A stretch of DNA of 52,139 bases, taken from assembly GCA_902464345.1 (NCBI GenBank), contig CABQJA010000001.1:1-52139 (forward strand), read 5' to 3'. Of this stretch, positions 43,408 through 52,139 are shown one piece after another. The translations under genes and the position numbers were made by a program. Source of the DNA: an uncultured Clostridium sp. GTDB taxonomy: Bacteria > Bacillota > Clostridia > Lachnospirales > Lachnospiraceae. The notes beneath the pieces are model-generated. The model ran no database searches, was not told the origin of the DNA, and worked only from the letters and a program-made list of their open reading frames with translations. Every line of letters begins with the position of its first letter. Within the stretch, counting starts at the first letter, position 1.

Positions 43408-44106
43408 ATGTTTTTAGAGATACAGGGATTAAAAAAGCATTTCGGAGAGGGCGATAGCCGGGTAGAGGTATTGCGGGGAATCGACTTGTCAGTAGAACAG
43501 GGAGAATTCTGTGTGCTGCTTGGACCCTCCGGTTCCGGAAAATCCACATTGCTGAACATCATTGGTGGAATCGATCAGGCGGATGAAGGAAGTATCACGA
43601 TTCAGGGAGAGCGGACAGCGGATATGAATGAAAAGAAGCTGACGACTTACCGTCGGAAGCATCTAGGCTACATTTTCCAGATGTATAACCTGATTCCGAA
43701 CCTGACAGTACGGGAGAATGTGGAGGTTGGAGCGTATTTAAGTGATGCTCCGCTGGATGTAGATGAAATTCTGGAAACGCTGGGGCTGACGGCGCATGCG
43801 AATAAACGCCCGAATCAGTTGTCCGGCGGACAGCAGCAGAGATGTGCGATCGGACGGGCAATCGTAAAGAATCCGGATATATTATTGTGCGACGAGCCAA
43901 CCGGAGCATTGGATTATGCGACATCTAAGGAAATTCTGAAATTAATCGAGACAGTCAATCAGAAATATGGCAATACAGTTATCATGGTAACTCACAATGA
44001 CGCAATTAAAAATATGGCCGACCGGGTAGTGAAGTTAAGAGATGGTCAAATTCGGAAGAACTATCTGAATGAAGAAAAGGTAGCGGCAGAGGATCTGGAT
44101 TGGTAA
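43408..44106 (+). CDS. ABC transporter ATP-binding protein (MacB/LolD/FtsE-like)
   Basis: Walker A GPSGSGKST, Q-loop, signature LSGGQQQR, Walker B LLCDEPTGALD. Confidence 0.9.
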   Translation: MFLEIQGLKKHFGEGDSRVEVLRGIDLSVEQGEFCVLLGPSGSGKSTLLNIIGGIDQADEGSITIQGERTADMNEKKLTTYRRKHLGYIFQMYNLIPNLTVRENVEVGAYLSDAPLDVDEILETLGLTAHANKRPNQLSGGQQQRCAIGRAIVKNPDILLCDEPTGALDYATSKEILKLIETVNQKYGNTVIMVTHNDAIKNMADRVVKLRDGQIRKNYLNEEKVAAEDLDW

Positions 44107-44118
44107 GGGAGGCAGAAG

Positions 44119-46440
44119 ATGAAAAATCCATTGAGAAAACGACTCCTGAGAGAGATTACGGGAGATATTGGAAAATATCTGGTTATTTTCATAATGCTGG
44201 TTCTGTTTATCGGCTTTGTGTCCGGGTTTATTGTGGCTGACAGCAGTATGCTGAAGGCATATAATGATGGTTTTACCAAATATAACATAGAAGACGGTCA
44301 TTTCCTGACGGTTACAGAGATGAACCGTGCACAGAAAAAGGCAGTAGAAGCTCTCGGTATCACCGTGTATGACCAGTATTATGTCGAGAAACAGATGGAG
44401 AATAATACAAAGTTACGTATTTATGCCGATCGGAAGGAAGTCAATACGCTATGCGTGATGGATGGCGTGATGCCGTCAGCAGAGGATGAGATCGCATTGG
44501 ACCGGATGTATGCGGAGAACAACGACTTAAAGGTGGGTGATACTGTTTCGGATGGCGGAATTACATGGAAGATTACTGCACTGGTAGCGCTTCCGGATTA
44601 CAGCTGTCTGTTTGAGGATAACAACGACACGATGTTTGATTCTGTGAAGTTCGGTGTTGCGGTTGTAAGTGACAAGGGATTTGAGCGGTTTGATACCAAT
44701 AGCCTGAACTATGACTATGCATGGAAATATCACGAGAAACCGGCCGGCGAGGTACAGGAAAAGGAGATGTCGGAGGATCTCTTAAAGGGGCTGGCAGATG
44801 AAGTGACACTTTCAGAATATCTGCCGTTATATCAGAATCAGGCAATTCAGTTTACCGGTGATGATATGGGCGGTGATATGGCAATGATCGTAGTTATGCT
44901 TTATATGGTCATTGTGATCCTGGCATTTGTTTTCGGCATTACAACGCTGGATACGATCGAGAAGGAGGCCAGTGTCATCGGTACCCTGCGGGCATCCGGC
45001 TATACCAGAGGCGAGCTGGTCAGACACTATATGCTGCCACCGGTTCTGGTAACGGTCATCGGTGCGGTCATCGGTAATATTCTGGGGTATACGGTATTTA
45101 AGGATGTCTGTGCAAATATGTACTATGGAAGCTACAGTCTTCCGACCTATATTACAGTCTGGAGTGCGAATGCATTCTGGGAGACCACGGTAGTGCCTAT
45201 GGTGATCATGTTGGTCGTAAACTACATAATCTTAAGCCGGAAGCTGAAGCTGGAGCCTCTCCGGTTTCTGCGGCATGATCTGTCACGGAAGCAGGGGAAG
45301 CGGAGTGTTCGTCTGAATAAGCATATTCCGTTTTTCAGCCGATTCCGTCTGCGGATCGTGTTTCAGAATGTGGGTAACTATATTCTGATCCTGATAGGTA
45401 TCCTGTTTGCTAATGTTCTGCTGATGTTCGGTCTGATGCTTCCAACGGTTCTGAGCCACTATCAAGATACGATCCAGGACAGTATGCTGAGTAATTATCA
45501 GTATGTGTTGACCATGCCGACGGCAACGGTAGATGAGGACCGGAAGCTGGAGACCATGATAGCACTTCTGGCATTTCAGAATGCAGTGGATACGGAAAAT
45601 GAAGATGCGGAAAAATTCAGTGCCTATACTCTGGATGCGCAGGGGAAAGGCAGCAGTATTATAGATGAGATTATGTTTTACGGAATCGAACCGGATAGCC
45701 GGTATGTTCATCTGAATCTGGCAGCGGATGATGTTTATGTATCGAAGGCATATGCAGATAAGTATAACATCAAAGTCGGAGATACGATTCAGCTGAAGGA
45801 GCATTTTGAGGATAAGGATTATCAGTTCCGGGTGACCGGAATTTATGATTATGAGGGTGCCCTGTGTGTATTCATGACCAGAGATCATCTGAACGATGTG
45901 TTTGATCTCGGTGACGGAATGTTTGGCGGGTACTTCTCAGATACGGAGATTACGGATATTGATTCCGAATACATCGGCAGTGTTATTGATCTGGAATCTC
46001 TGACCAAGGTCAGCCGGCAGCTGGAGAAGTCCATGGGATCGAATATGCAGCTGATGTACGGATTTGCAATTCTTCTGTTCATCGTACTGATCTATCTGCT
46101 GTCCAAGGTTATTATTGAAAAGAATGCACAGTCCATTTCCATGACGAAGATATTAGGCTACAGTGGTGGTGAGATCAGTCGTCTGTATATCGTCTCTACA
46201 TCTATTGTGGTAGTGCTTTGTATCCTGATCAGTATTCCAATCGAGGATAAGCTGATGCAGATGATCTGGAATACTTATGTATCAAAGGCAATGAGCGGAT
46301 GGCTGCCGTACTACCTGGATCCTTCGGTGCCGATTAAGATGTTTGTAATGGGTGTCTTAAGTTATCTGGTGGTGGCAGTACTGGAAATGTACAAGATCAA
46401 GAAGGTGCCGATGAGTATGGCATTAAAGAATGTGGAGTAA
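44119..46440 (+). CDS. Duplicated FtsX/MacB-type ABC permease (773 aa)
   Basis: Two modules, each with TM1, a large extracytoplasmic domain and a 3-TM FtsX-like bundle. It follows the ATPase by 12 nt. Confidence 0.85.
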   Translation: MKNPLRKRLLREITGDIGKYLVIFIMLVLFIGFVSGFIVADSSMLKAYNDGFTKYNIEDGHFLTVTEMNRAQKKAVEALGITVYDQYYVEKQMENNTKLRIYADRKEVNTLCVMDGVMPSAEDEIALDRMYAENNDLKVGDTVSDGGITWKITALVALPDYSCLFEDNNDTMFDSVKFGVAVVSDKGFERFDTNSLNYDYAWKYHEKPAGEVQEKEMSEDLLKGLADEVTLSEYLPLYQNQAIQFTGDDMGGDMAMIVVMLYMVIVILAFVFGITTLDTIEKEASVIGTLRASGYTRGELVRHYMLPPVLVTVIGAVIGNILGYTVFKDVCANMYYGSYSLPTYITVWSANAFWETTVVPMVIMLVVNYIILSRKLKLEPLRFLRHDLSRKQGKRSVRLNKHIPFFSRFRLRIVFQNVGNYILILIGILFANVLLMFGLMLPTVLSHYQDTIQDSMLSNYQYVLTMPTATVDEDRKLETMIALLAFQNAVDTENEDAEKFSAYTLDAQGKGSSIIDEIMFYGIEPDSRYVHLNLAADDVYVSKAYADKYNIKVGDTIQLKEHFEDKDYQFRVTGIYDYEGALCVFMTRDHLNDVFDLGDGMFGGYFSDTEITDIDSEYIGSVIDLESLTKVSRQLEKSMGSNMQLMYGFAILLFIVLIYLLSKVIIEKNAQSISMTKILGYSGGEISRLYIVSTSIVVVLCILISIPIEDKLMQMIWNTYVSKAMSGWLPYYLDPSVPIKMFVMGVLSYLVVAVLEMYKIKKVPMSMALKNVE

Positions 46441-46451
46441 GGAGGCAGGAT

Positions 46452-47861
46452 ATGAAGAAACTATATATGAAAAAGATCATGACAATTGGAATGGCAGTGC
46501 TTCTGGCAGCCGGAATGACTGCCTGTGGCGGAGCGGAAGGAAATGATACATCTGCGGCAACAGATTCGGAGACGTCTTCGGAATTAGAACCGGCAGACGG
46601 TGCAGATACTTCGGTTGTGTACGAATACCGGGAAAGCCAGATGGAGCATGACAAGGAAGAATCCGTATATGTGAAGGCAGATGCTTACGGATCTCCGACA
46701 GAGATCACGGTGACCACGACCCTGAAAAATCCGGGTGAGAACCAGAAGATCACAGACTTTACGACCCTGACCGACATCAAGAACAAGAATGGCGATGAGG
46801 AATATACACTGGATGGTGCGGGAAATCTGGTCTGGGAAAATCACGGAGAGGATATCCGGTATGATGGAACCGCAGATGCAGACAAGGAGCTTCCGGTTAC
46901 GGTAAAGGTAAGCTACTATCTGGATGATACAGAGGTGACACCGGAGGAACTGGCGGGAGCCACCGGCAGAGTCCGGATCCGGTTCGATTATACCAATAAC
47001 ACCGGAAGTGAGACAGATGATACAACAGATGAAATCATTCCGTTTGTTGCAGTGTCAGGCCTGATGCTGTCACAGGATGTGGCATCTGACATAACGGTAA
47101 CGAATTGCAAGATCAAGAGTATGGATGACAATTATCTGATCTTCGGATATGCAGCACCGGGAGTCAAGGATGCACTGGATCTGGACAGTATCGATTCTTT
47201 TAAAGATGATGATAAGGAAGAGGATGCTGACGAAGAGGACGATTCCGATGAGAAGGAAACCTTCCCGGACTATATGGAGGTTAGCTTTGATGCAAAAGAC
47301 TTTGAACTGGATTTCACGGCTACTATGATCAGTAATGGTCTGTTGACGGACATGGATACAGAGAAGATGTCAGAGAAGGTCGATGATCTGGCAGACGGTT
47401 TCAGGGACCTGTATAACGGTACCAGTGAGCTGACGAATGCTCTGCAGCAGTTAAGCACATCCGGAAATGATCTGGTGAGCGGTGCAGAAGGCTTACAGGG
47501 CGGACTACAGTCTTTGAATGATGCACTTTCACAGATCCCGGCGGAAATGCTGGCGCAGGATCCGACTCTGGCACAGACCGTGGCGGCGGTTGCAGCACTG
47601 GCAGAAGGCAGTAGTCAGCTGACCGATGGTATCCGGGCATATACCGGCGGTGTGACACAGGTGTATAACGGAAGCGTGCAGCTTAAAAACGGCACCTATA
47701 AGCTGGTGGAGAGTGCAGATGATCTAAAGACTTTAAGGGATCGGCTCGAGAACCTGAAGAGTGCGGATTCTTCTTATGAGAACTTCGGCGGAATCGAAGA
47801 AGGCAAGACCGGCAGTGTATACTTTCTGGTTGAAACAGCAGAGATCAAGTCGGAAGATTAA
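46452..47861 (+). CDS. Lipoprotein with acidic linker regions and a YhgE/Pip-like heptad-repeat C-terminus
   Basis: Lipobox AGMTAC. Asp/Glu-rich tracts. The C-terminus NGTSELTNALQQLSTSGNDLVSGAEGLQGGLQSLNDAL... resembles YhgE/Pip N-terminal repeats. Confidence 0.65.
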   Translation: MKKLYMKKIMTIGMAVLLAAGMTACGGAEGNDTSAATDSETSSELEPADGADTSVVYEYRESQMEHDKEESVYVKADAYGSPTEITVTTTLKNPGENQKITDFTTLTDIKNKNGDEEYTLDGAGNLVWENHGEDIRYDGTADADKELPVTVKVSYYLDDTEVTPEELAGATGRVRIRFDYTNNTGSETDDTTDEIIPFVAVSGLMLSQDVASDITVTNCKIKSMDDNYLIFGYAAPGVKDALDLDSIDSFKDDDKEEDADEEDDSDEKETFPDYMEVSFDAKDFELDFTATMISNGLLTDMDTEKMSEKVDDLADGFRDLYNGTSELTNALQQLSTSGNDLVSGAEGLQGGLQSLNDALSQIPAEMLAQDPTLAQTVAAVAALAEGSSQLTDGIRAYTGGVTQVYNGSVQLKNGTYKLVESADDLKTLRDRLENLKSADSSYENFGGIEEGKTGSVYFLVETAEIKSED

Positions 47862-47995
47862 ACAGAATTCTTCACATAGCTGACATACAAAAGCATCATA
47901 TTTCTTTCGTTTTGTCCCGTACTATTTACATAAATCAGATAGTAAGGTACTATTAAAAAGTATTCAAAGAATACGAATAATGAGAAAGAGGTGTC

Positions 47996-48358
47996 ATGAT
48001 GATGAAGAAGAAACTAATCGCACTCGTAATGGGTATAATGTTCTGTATCGGATTACTCGGAGGCTGTGGACAGACTGAGGTGAAGCCGGATAATGCCGCA
48101 ACAAGCAGCAGCGAGGAAGGAAATCAGGATGGAACAGCAGAAGAAAAAGAATTGACAGGCACGATTGATGAGATAAAAGATTTCATGTTTGTCATTACGG
48201 ATAAAAATGACACACCATATAGTTTCAGCTTTGAAAAAAAGCCGGAAGGTCTGGAGAATGTCAGCAACGGAGATACGGTGACTGTAAAGTATACAGGAAC
48301 GATCTCAGAGGTGGATCCGTTTGATGGAGAGATACTATCTGTTGAAAAGATGAAATAA
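47996..48358 (+). CDS. Small lipoprotein, function unknown
   Basis: Lipobox LLGGC, AGAGGTG SD, 120 aa. Confidence 0.65.
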   Translation: MMMKKKLIALVMGIMFCIGLLGGCGQTEVKPDNAATSSSEEGNQDGTAEEKELTGTIDEIKDFMFVITDKNDTPYSFSFEKKPEGLENVSNGDTVTVKYTGTISEVDPFDGEILSVEKMK

Positions 48359-48398
48359 AATCAAAAAATACTATTTACAAGAAGTCCATTTAAAGGAG

Positions 48399-48436
48399 AA
48401 TCAAGCAGGCACTTATCAGAGAGTGCCTGCTTGATT
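48399..48436. terminator. Strong hairpin between convergent genes (14-bp stem)
   Basis: AATCAAGCAGGCAC-N10-GTGCCTGCTTGATT. A second small hairpin, AAGGG-TGAAAG-CCCTT plus a T-rich tail, follows at 48443-48458. Confidence 0.75.
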
Positions 48437-48459
48437 GAAAGTAAGGGTGAAAGCCCTTG

Positions 48460-49338
48460 TTATTTGTTCTCATTATCTGCATCGATCACAGATTGGATCT
48501 GGTTCATCAGAGTATCATAGTTGTCCTGATTATCGATTCCTCCGAGCAAAGGCTCTCCCACAATATTACCGTTTCTGTCGACTAATATAGTTGTAGGAAA
48601 TGCCATGATATCAGAGGCATATTTACCTGCATCTGAAGCAGAGTCAATGGAAAGATTGCGGTATTCAGCACCCTGCTTTTCAAGAATAGCCGCAGCTTCC
48701 TTAATAGCAGCTTCATTTCCGTCGAAGGTTTCTGTGTTGATGCCGATTACTTCGCCCCCCATTGATTTGATCGTATCGTTTAATTCGTTAAGCTTAGATA
48801 ACTCTGCAACACAAGGCTTGCAGCCGGTAAACCAGAAATTAATAACAGTTACTGCATTTTCGGAGAACAGGCTTTCATCCACAGAATTACCATCAAAATC
48901 CTGACCGGAAAAATTCCTGAAAGGAGATGCAGTATCAGAATTGTTTTCCCGGTCGGTATCATCCGATGCCGCATTTTTCGCTTCAATTTCAGCAATCTGT
49001 TCCTCGATTTTTCGTATTGCTTCAATATCATCGGTAAGTGTTTTCAGCTCATCCTCAGTAAAGGCATCCTTGTTTGATTCGACGGTATCAGCCAGATAAT
49101 CGGCATAATTTGCAGTTGGATCAGCATTGCTTTTATTCATCATGCCGAAGGCCTTGTTCCATACATCCGCATGATCTGCAAAGAGCTGGTTTTCCTGCTG
49201 ATATAGATCATCCAGCTTAGAATCGGAATTTGTTATGGCGGAATTTGTTGTGTCTGCAGCTTGTTTTCCGCCGCATGCTGTAAGCATCAATGCTATGCAG
49301 AGGGTAAAAATAGAAATAAACGTTTTTTTGATTTTCAT
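48460..49338 (-). CDS. TlpA-family thiol:disulfide oxidoreductase lipoprotein
   Basis: Lipobox MLTAC. Thioredoxin-fold active site WFTGCKPC in the C-terminal domain. AAGGAG SD upstream. Confidence 0.8.
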   Translation of the reverse strand: MKIKKTFISIFTLCIALMLTACGGKQAADTTNSAITNSDSKLDDLYQQENQLFADHADVWNKAFGMMNKSNADPTANYADYLADTVESNKDAFTEDELKTLTDDIEAIRKIEEQIAEIEAKNAASDDTDRENNSDTASPFRNFSGQDFDGNSVDESLFSENAVTVINFWFTGCKPCVAELSKLNELNDTIKSMGGEVIGINTETFDGNEAAIKEAAAILEKQGAEYRNLSIDSASDAGKYASDIMAFPTTILVDRNGNIVGEPLLGGIDNQDNYDTLMNQIQSVIDADNENK

Positions 49339-49351
49339 AATAATGGCTCCT

Positions 49352-50218
49352 TTATTTTATATTATAGTGAATTGCATTTTTGGGACAGGCTTTTATACAG
49401 GCACCGCATCGTATGCATTCCGGATGATTTGGAGTTTTGCACACATCGACATCCATTTTACAAGCCTTTGCACATTGGTTACATCCGACGCATTTACTGT
49501 TTTCGACCTTAATCTGAAGAAAGCTGACCTTATTAAACAGGGAGTAGATTGCGCCAAGAGGACAAATCCATTTACAGAAGGGTCTGTAAAATAAAACACT
49601 TAACACGACAACTGTAATTAAAATAAGGCATTTAAAAGAAAACAGTGGTCCCAGCGCAGAACGTATAGAGGCGTTTCCCAGCGATAGCGGAATAGCCCCT
49701 TCCAAAACACCCTGAGGACAAATATATTTACAGAAGAACGGATCTCCCATCCCTATCGAGTTCGTTACAAGCATCGGAAGAAGGATAACGAAAACGATAA
49801 GAATAATATATTTCAGATATCGTAGCGGCTTCAGCTTCGCTGTGGAAAATTTCTTTCCGGGGATTTTATGAAGTAAATCCTGAAACCATCCAAACGGGCA
49901 CAAAAAACCACATATAAATCTTCCAAGTATCACACCGAGCAGAATAAAGAACCCGGTTATGTAGTATGAAAACTTGAATTTGGACGATCCGACAACTGCC
50001 TGAAATGCTCCGATCGGGCATGCACCTGTCGCAGCGGGACAGGAATAACAGTTTAAGCCCGGCACGCATACTGCCTTAGCATTTCCCTGATATATTTTGC
50101 CCTTAAATAAATTGGGGATATGAATGTTGGTGAACAGCGTGGCGGCTGCCTGTATCCATCCGCGTATTCCGGCTATTATTTTTGATAGTAATTTCTTTTT
50201 TTTATCCAATTCCGACAC
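49352..50218 (-). CDS. Polytopic 4Fe-4S-binding membrane protein (NapH/MauN-like)
   Basis: Membrane CxxCP-type motifs (CYSCPAATGACPIG, CKYICPQG, CKWICPLG) plus C-terminal CVGCNQCAKAC and CIRCGACIKACP ferredoxin motifs. GTG start as given in the track. Confidence 0.8.
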   Translation of the reverse strand: MSELDKKKKLLSKIIAGIRGWIQAAATLFTNIHIPNLFKGKIYQGNAKAVCVPGLNCYSCPAATGACPIGAFQAVVGSSKFKFSYYITGFFILLGVILGRFICGFLCPFGWFQDLLHKIPGKKFSTAKLKPLRYLKYIILIVFVILLPMLVTNSIGMGDPFFCKYICPQGVLEGAIPLSLGNASIRSALGPLFSFKCLILITVVVLSVLFYRPFCKWICPLGAIYSLFNKVSFLQIKVENSKCVGCNQCAKACKMDVDVCKTPNHPECIRCGACIKACPKNAIHYNIK

Positions 50219-50342
50219 ACTCCAGACATAGTTTTATTGCTTTGCCAAGTACGGTAACCGCTTCACCTCTGATCACACCATAGACCATCATGGTAATGCC
50301 TGCAATGAGCAGAACGATCTGACATATTTTTCTGCACTTCAA
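50202..50342 (-). CDS. 46-aa membrane mini-protein with a C-terminal CxxC (CD1871A-like by recollection); absent from the ORF track
   Basis: Translated by hand: (TTG)MKCRKICQIVLLIAGITMMVYGVIRGEAVTVLGKAIKLCLECVGIG. GAAGGAG lies 10 nt upstream. The 3' end overlaps the start of the 4Fe-4S gene by 17 nt. Confidence 0.6.
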   Translation of the reverse strand: MKCRKICQIVLLIAGITMMVYGVIRGEAVTVLGKAIKLCLECVGIG

Positions 50343-50373
50343 GATATTGGTACTCCTTCATTTGTTGTATTTA

Positions 50374-50402
50374 TTGACCAGCTGACATTGGTATTATACA
50401 AT
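50374..50402 (+). promoter_or_regulatory. Sigma-A-type promoter candidate for the second two-component operon
   Basis: TTGACC (50374-79), 17-nt spacer, TACAAT (50397-402), about 40 nt upstream of TTG 50444. Confidence 0.5.
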
Positions 50403-50443
50403 AGTTGATGTAAAATTTTTGTTAAGAAACAGAGGAAAGAATT

Positions 50444-51124
50444 TTGGGATTATTAATTGTTGAAGATGAGAAGCAGATCTGTGACAAAGTTGCGAAAAGC
50501 CTATATGATGCAGGATATGAGGTGGATACCTGTTATGACGGGGAAGAGGCTCTCGAATGTATCCTGACGGAAAATTATGACCTGATCGTTCTGGATCTGA
50601 ATCTGCCCGGCATGGATGGAATGGAGATTTTAAAGGAACTCAGACAGAGTAATGAGGAGACAAAGGTTCTTATATTATCTGCAAGGGGACAGATTGCGGA
50701 TAAGGTCGAAGGACTGGATGCAGGGGCAAATGATTATATGGAAAAACCATTCCATCTACAGGAGCTTGAGGCACGGATCAGAAGCCTGACACGAAGGAAA
50801 TTTGTACAGAGGGATGTATGCCTGGAAAGCGGCGAGATTAGGTTTGATACGATAAGACGTGAAGCATATGCAAAAGGGGAAGTGGTTTCCCTCACAAGAA
50901 AAGAAAGTGGTATCTTGGAGTATTTGCTTCTTAATCTGGGGAGACCGGTAAGCCAGGAGGAATTGATGGAGCATGTCTGGGATGCATCAGTGGATAGCTT
51001 TAGTGGAGCTATCAGAGTGCATATGTCTTCTCTTAGAAAAAAGCTGAAGGCTGTGCTTGGATATGATCCGATTATGAACAAGGTGGGAGAGGGATATAAA
51101 ATACGAGAGGAGACCGATAGATGA
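50444..51124 (+). CDS. OmpR/PhoB-family response regulator
   Basis: TTG start. Receiver domain (LLIVEDE, IVLDLNLPGMDG, KPF) plus a winged-helix output domain ending ...VGEGYKI. Confidence 0.9.
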   Translation: MGLLIVEDEKQICDKVAKSLYDAGYEVDTCYDGEEALECILTENYDLIVLDLNLPGMDGMEILKELRQSNEETKVLILSARGQIADKVEGLDAGANDYMEKPFHLQELEARIRSLTRRKFVQRDVCLESGEIRFDTIRREAYAKGEVVSLTRKESGILEYLLLNLGRPVSQEELMEHVWDASVDSFSGAIRVHMSSLRKKLKAVLGYDPIMNKVGEGYKIREETDR

Positions 51125-52139
51125 AAAGAATGTCACTGCAGTGGAGACTTACCTGTATAATTACATTATATATTGCAGTTATATGCGGATGTCTGACTAT
51201 GTTTGTTTATAAAAATGGTGTACATTATATGGATACTCTGCAAGAGACCGTTGATGCACAGGGGGATGATAACGGAGACCGGTCGGATGAAATATATATC
51301 AGCATTCCGGAGGATAAGTGGGATGAGTTTGCGAATGATTTTTCCGTTCAAGTGTACAATAATAAGGCGGACTACAAGAGGGATAGCCTGATAATTTCAG
51401 CTTTGCTGGCTCTTCTTGGTGGAGTGGCTACATATTTTATAAGTGGGAAGGCACTCAAGCCGATCAGTGAGTTTTCTGACAAAATCGAAAAGGTGCAGGC
51501 ACAGAATCTGGCAGATTCACGAATCGAAGAAAACAAAGTAAAGGAACTGAACCAGCTTAGCATTTCTTATAATAAGATGCTTGAGCGGCTTTCGGATGCC
51601 TTTGAGATACAGAGACAGTTTACGGCAAATGCGGCACATGAGCTGCGTACCCCATTATCTCTAATGCAGGTACAGCTTGACCTATATAATTCCGCTCGGC
51701 ATCCGGGTAGTGATACCGATACCGAACAAACGATAAAGATGGTTACTGAGCAGAATGACAGACTCAGCAAAATGGTAAAGACACTTCTCGACATGAGTGA
51801 GCTTCAGACCGTAGGGCGGGATGAAGTTATCATAGTTGATGCACTTGTTGATGAGGTATTGGCAGATCTGGAACCGCTTGCACAGGAAAAGAACATAAAA
51901 CTGATTGGGAAATGTAAGGATATAACGATGATCGGAAGTGATATTCTTATTTACAGGCTGGTATATAATCTTGTTGAAAATGCTATAAAATATAATCATT
52001 CAGGTGGACAGGTTACAGTAACTGCATATAAGGAGCAAAAACACATTTACCTGTCAGTAGCGGATACAGGAAGTGGAATCCCGAAAGAGCTCAGGGAGCG
52101 TGTATTTGAACCATTCTTTCGCGTGGATAAGTCCAGAAG
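51121..52139 (+). CDS. Sensor histidine kinase, 3' partial (runs off the window)
   Basis: It is not in the ORF track because it has no stop codon in the window. ATG 51121 overlaps the regulator stop (ATGA). By hand translation: two TM segments, H-box AAHELRTPL, N-box ENAIKYN, G1 box DTGSGIP. Confidence 0.85.
   Translation, partial: MKRMSLQWRLTCIITLYIAVICGCLTMFVYKNGVHYMDTLQETVDAQGDDNGDRSDEIYISIPEDKWDEFANDFSVQVYNNKADYKRDSLIISALLALLGGVATYFISGKALKPISEFSDKIEKVQAQNLADSRIEENKVKELNQLSISYNKMLERLSDAFEIQRQFTANAAHELRTPLSLMQVQLDLYNSARHPGSDTDTEQTIKMVTEQNDRLSKMVKTLLDMSELQTVGRDEVIIVDALVDEVLADLEPLAQEKNIKLIGKCKDITMIGSDILIYRLVYNLVENAIKYNHSGGQVTVTAYKEQKHIYLSVADTGSGIPKELRERVFEPFFRVDKSR

Noticed and set aside
1-52139. 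Search for mobile elements, prophage, integrases, toxin-antitoxin pairs, restriction-modification, reverse transcriptases, cas genes, tRNA or rRNA
   Set aside because: No ORF showed transposase, integrase, RT, nuclease-helicase or methyltransferase motifs. I noticed no tRNA-like T-arm (GGTTCGAATCC-type) and no rRNA segments. I did not see long inverted or direct repeats flanking the Tad island, although its left boundary lies outside the window.

Overview
This window looks like a chromosomal segment from an anaerobic Firmicute, probably a Clostridia/Lachnospiraceae-type gut organism. That assignment is inferred from gene content and Shine-Dalgarno usage and has not been checked against a database. 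Coding density is high and most genes are on the + strand.

Gene content in order:
- (1) 1-9896: a secretin-less, Gram-positive-type Tad/Flp pilus island. It encodes a prepilin peptidase, a TadZ-like protein, CpaF, TadB, TadC, an Flp pilin, a large DUF5702-like protein, two TadE-like pseudopilins and a membrane FHA protein.
- (2) 10-22.4 kb: housekeeping genes, namely a flavodoxin-SCP2 fusion, dnaX-ybaB-recR, pfkA, several hypothetical or sporulation-type proteins, a YlmH-like protein, a PrcB-like lipoprotein, a SPOCS/LysM protein and an M18 aminopeptidase.
- (3) 22.4-25.6 kb: a divergent HTH protein / membrane Ser/Thr kinase pair, followed by a small membrane protein and a secreted protein with an internal duplication.
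- (4) 25.7-29.5 kb: an iorA-iorB-paaK aryl-pyruvate operon on the - strand.
- (5) 29.5-37.5 kb: araC-type regulator, then lacZ-galK-galE-galT.
- (6) 37.6-43.3 kb: a two-component system, truA, an RluA-family synthase and a YtvI/AI-2E permease.
- (7) 43.3-48.4 kb: a MacB-type ABC transporter with two lipoproteins.
- (8) 48.4-52.1 kb: a TlpA-like lipoprotein, a NapH-like polyferredoxin and a 46-aa CXXC mini-protein, divergent from a second two-component system.

I found no rRNA, tRNA, CRISPR array, transposase, integrase or recognisable defence genes.

The most unusual material is in the Tad island:
- Purine-rich tandem repeats lie upstream of cpaF and upstream of, and running into, the second pseudopilin gene. 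The second array is a 36-bp x 6 array that encodes a 12-aa repeat and is broken by a 1-nt deletion.
- The pseudopilins have long, repeat-containing leaders.
- The first TadE-like protein carries a duplicated H-C-C-C zinc-ribbon-like C-terminal module.
- A transmembrane FHA protein is translationally coupled to the last pseudopilin gene.

Other candidates are two near-identical stem-loops in the iorB-paaK spacer and two small Cys-motif ORFs that are missing from the ORF track.

All family assignments come from motif recognition by eye. No searches were run.
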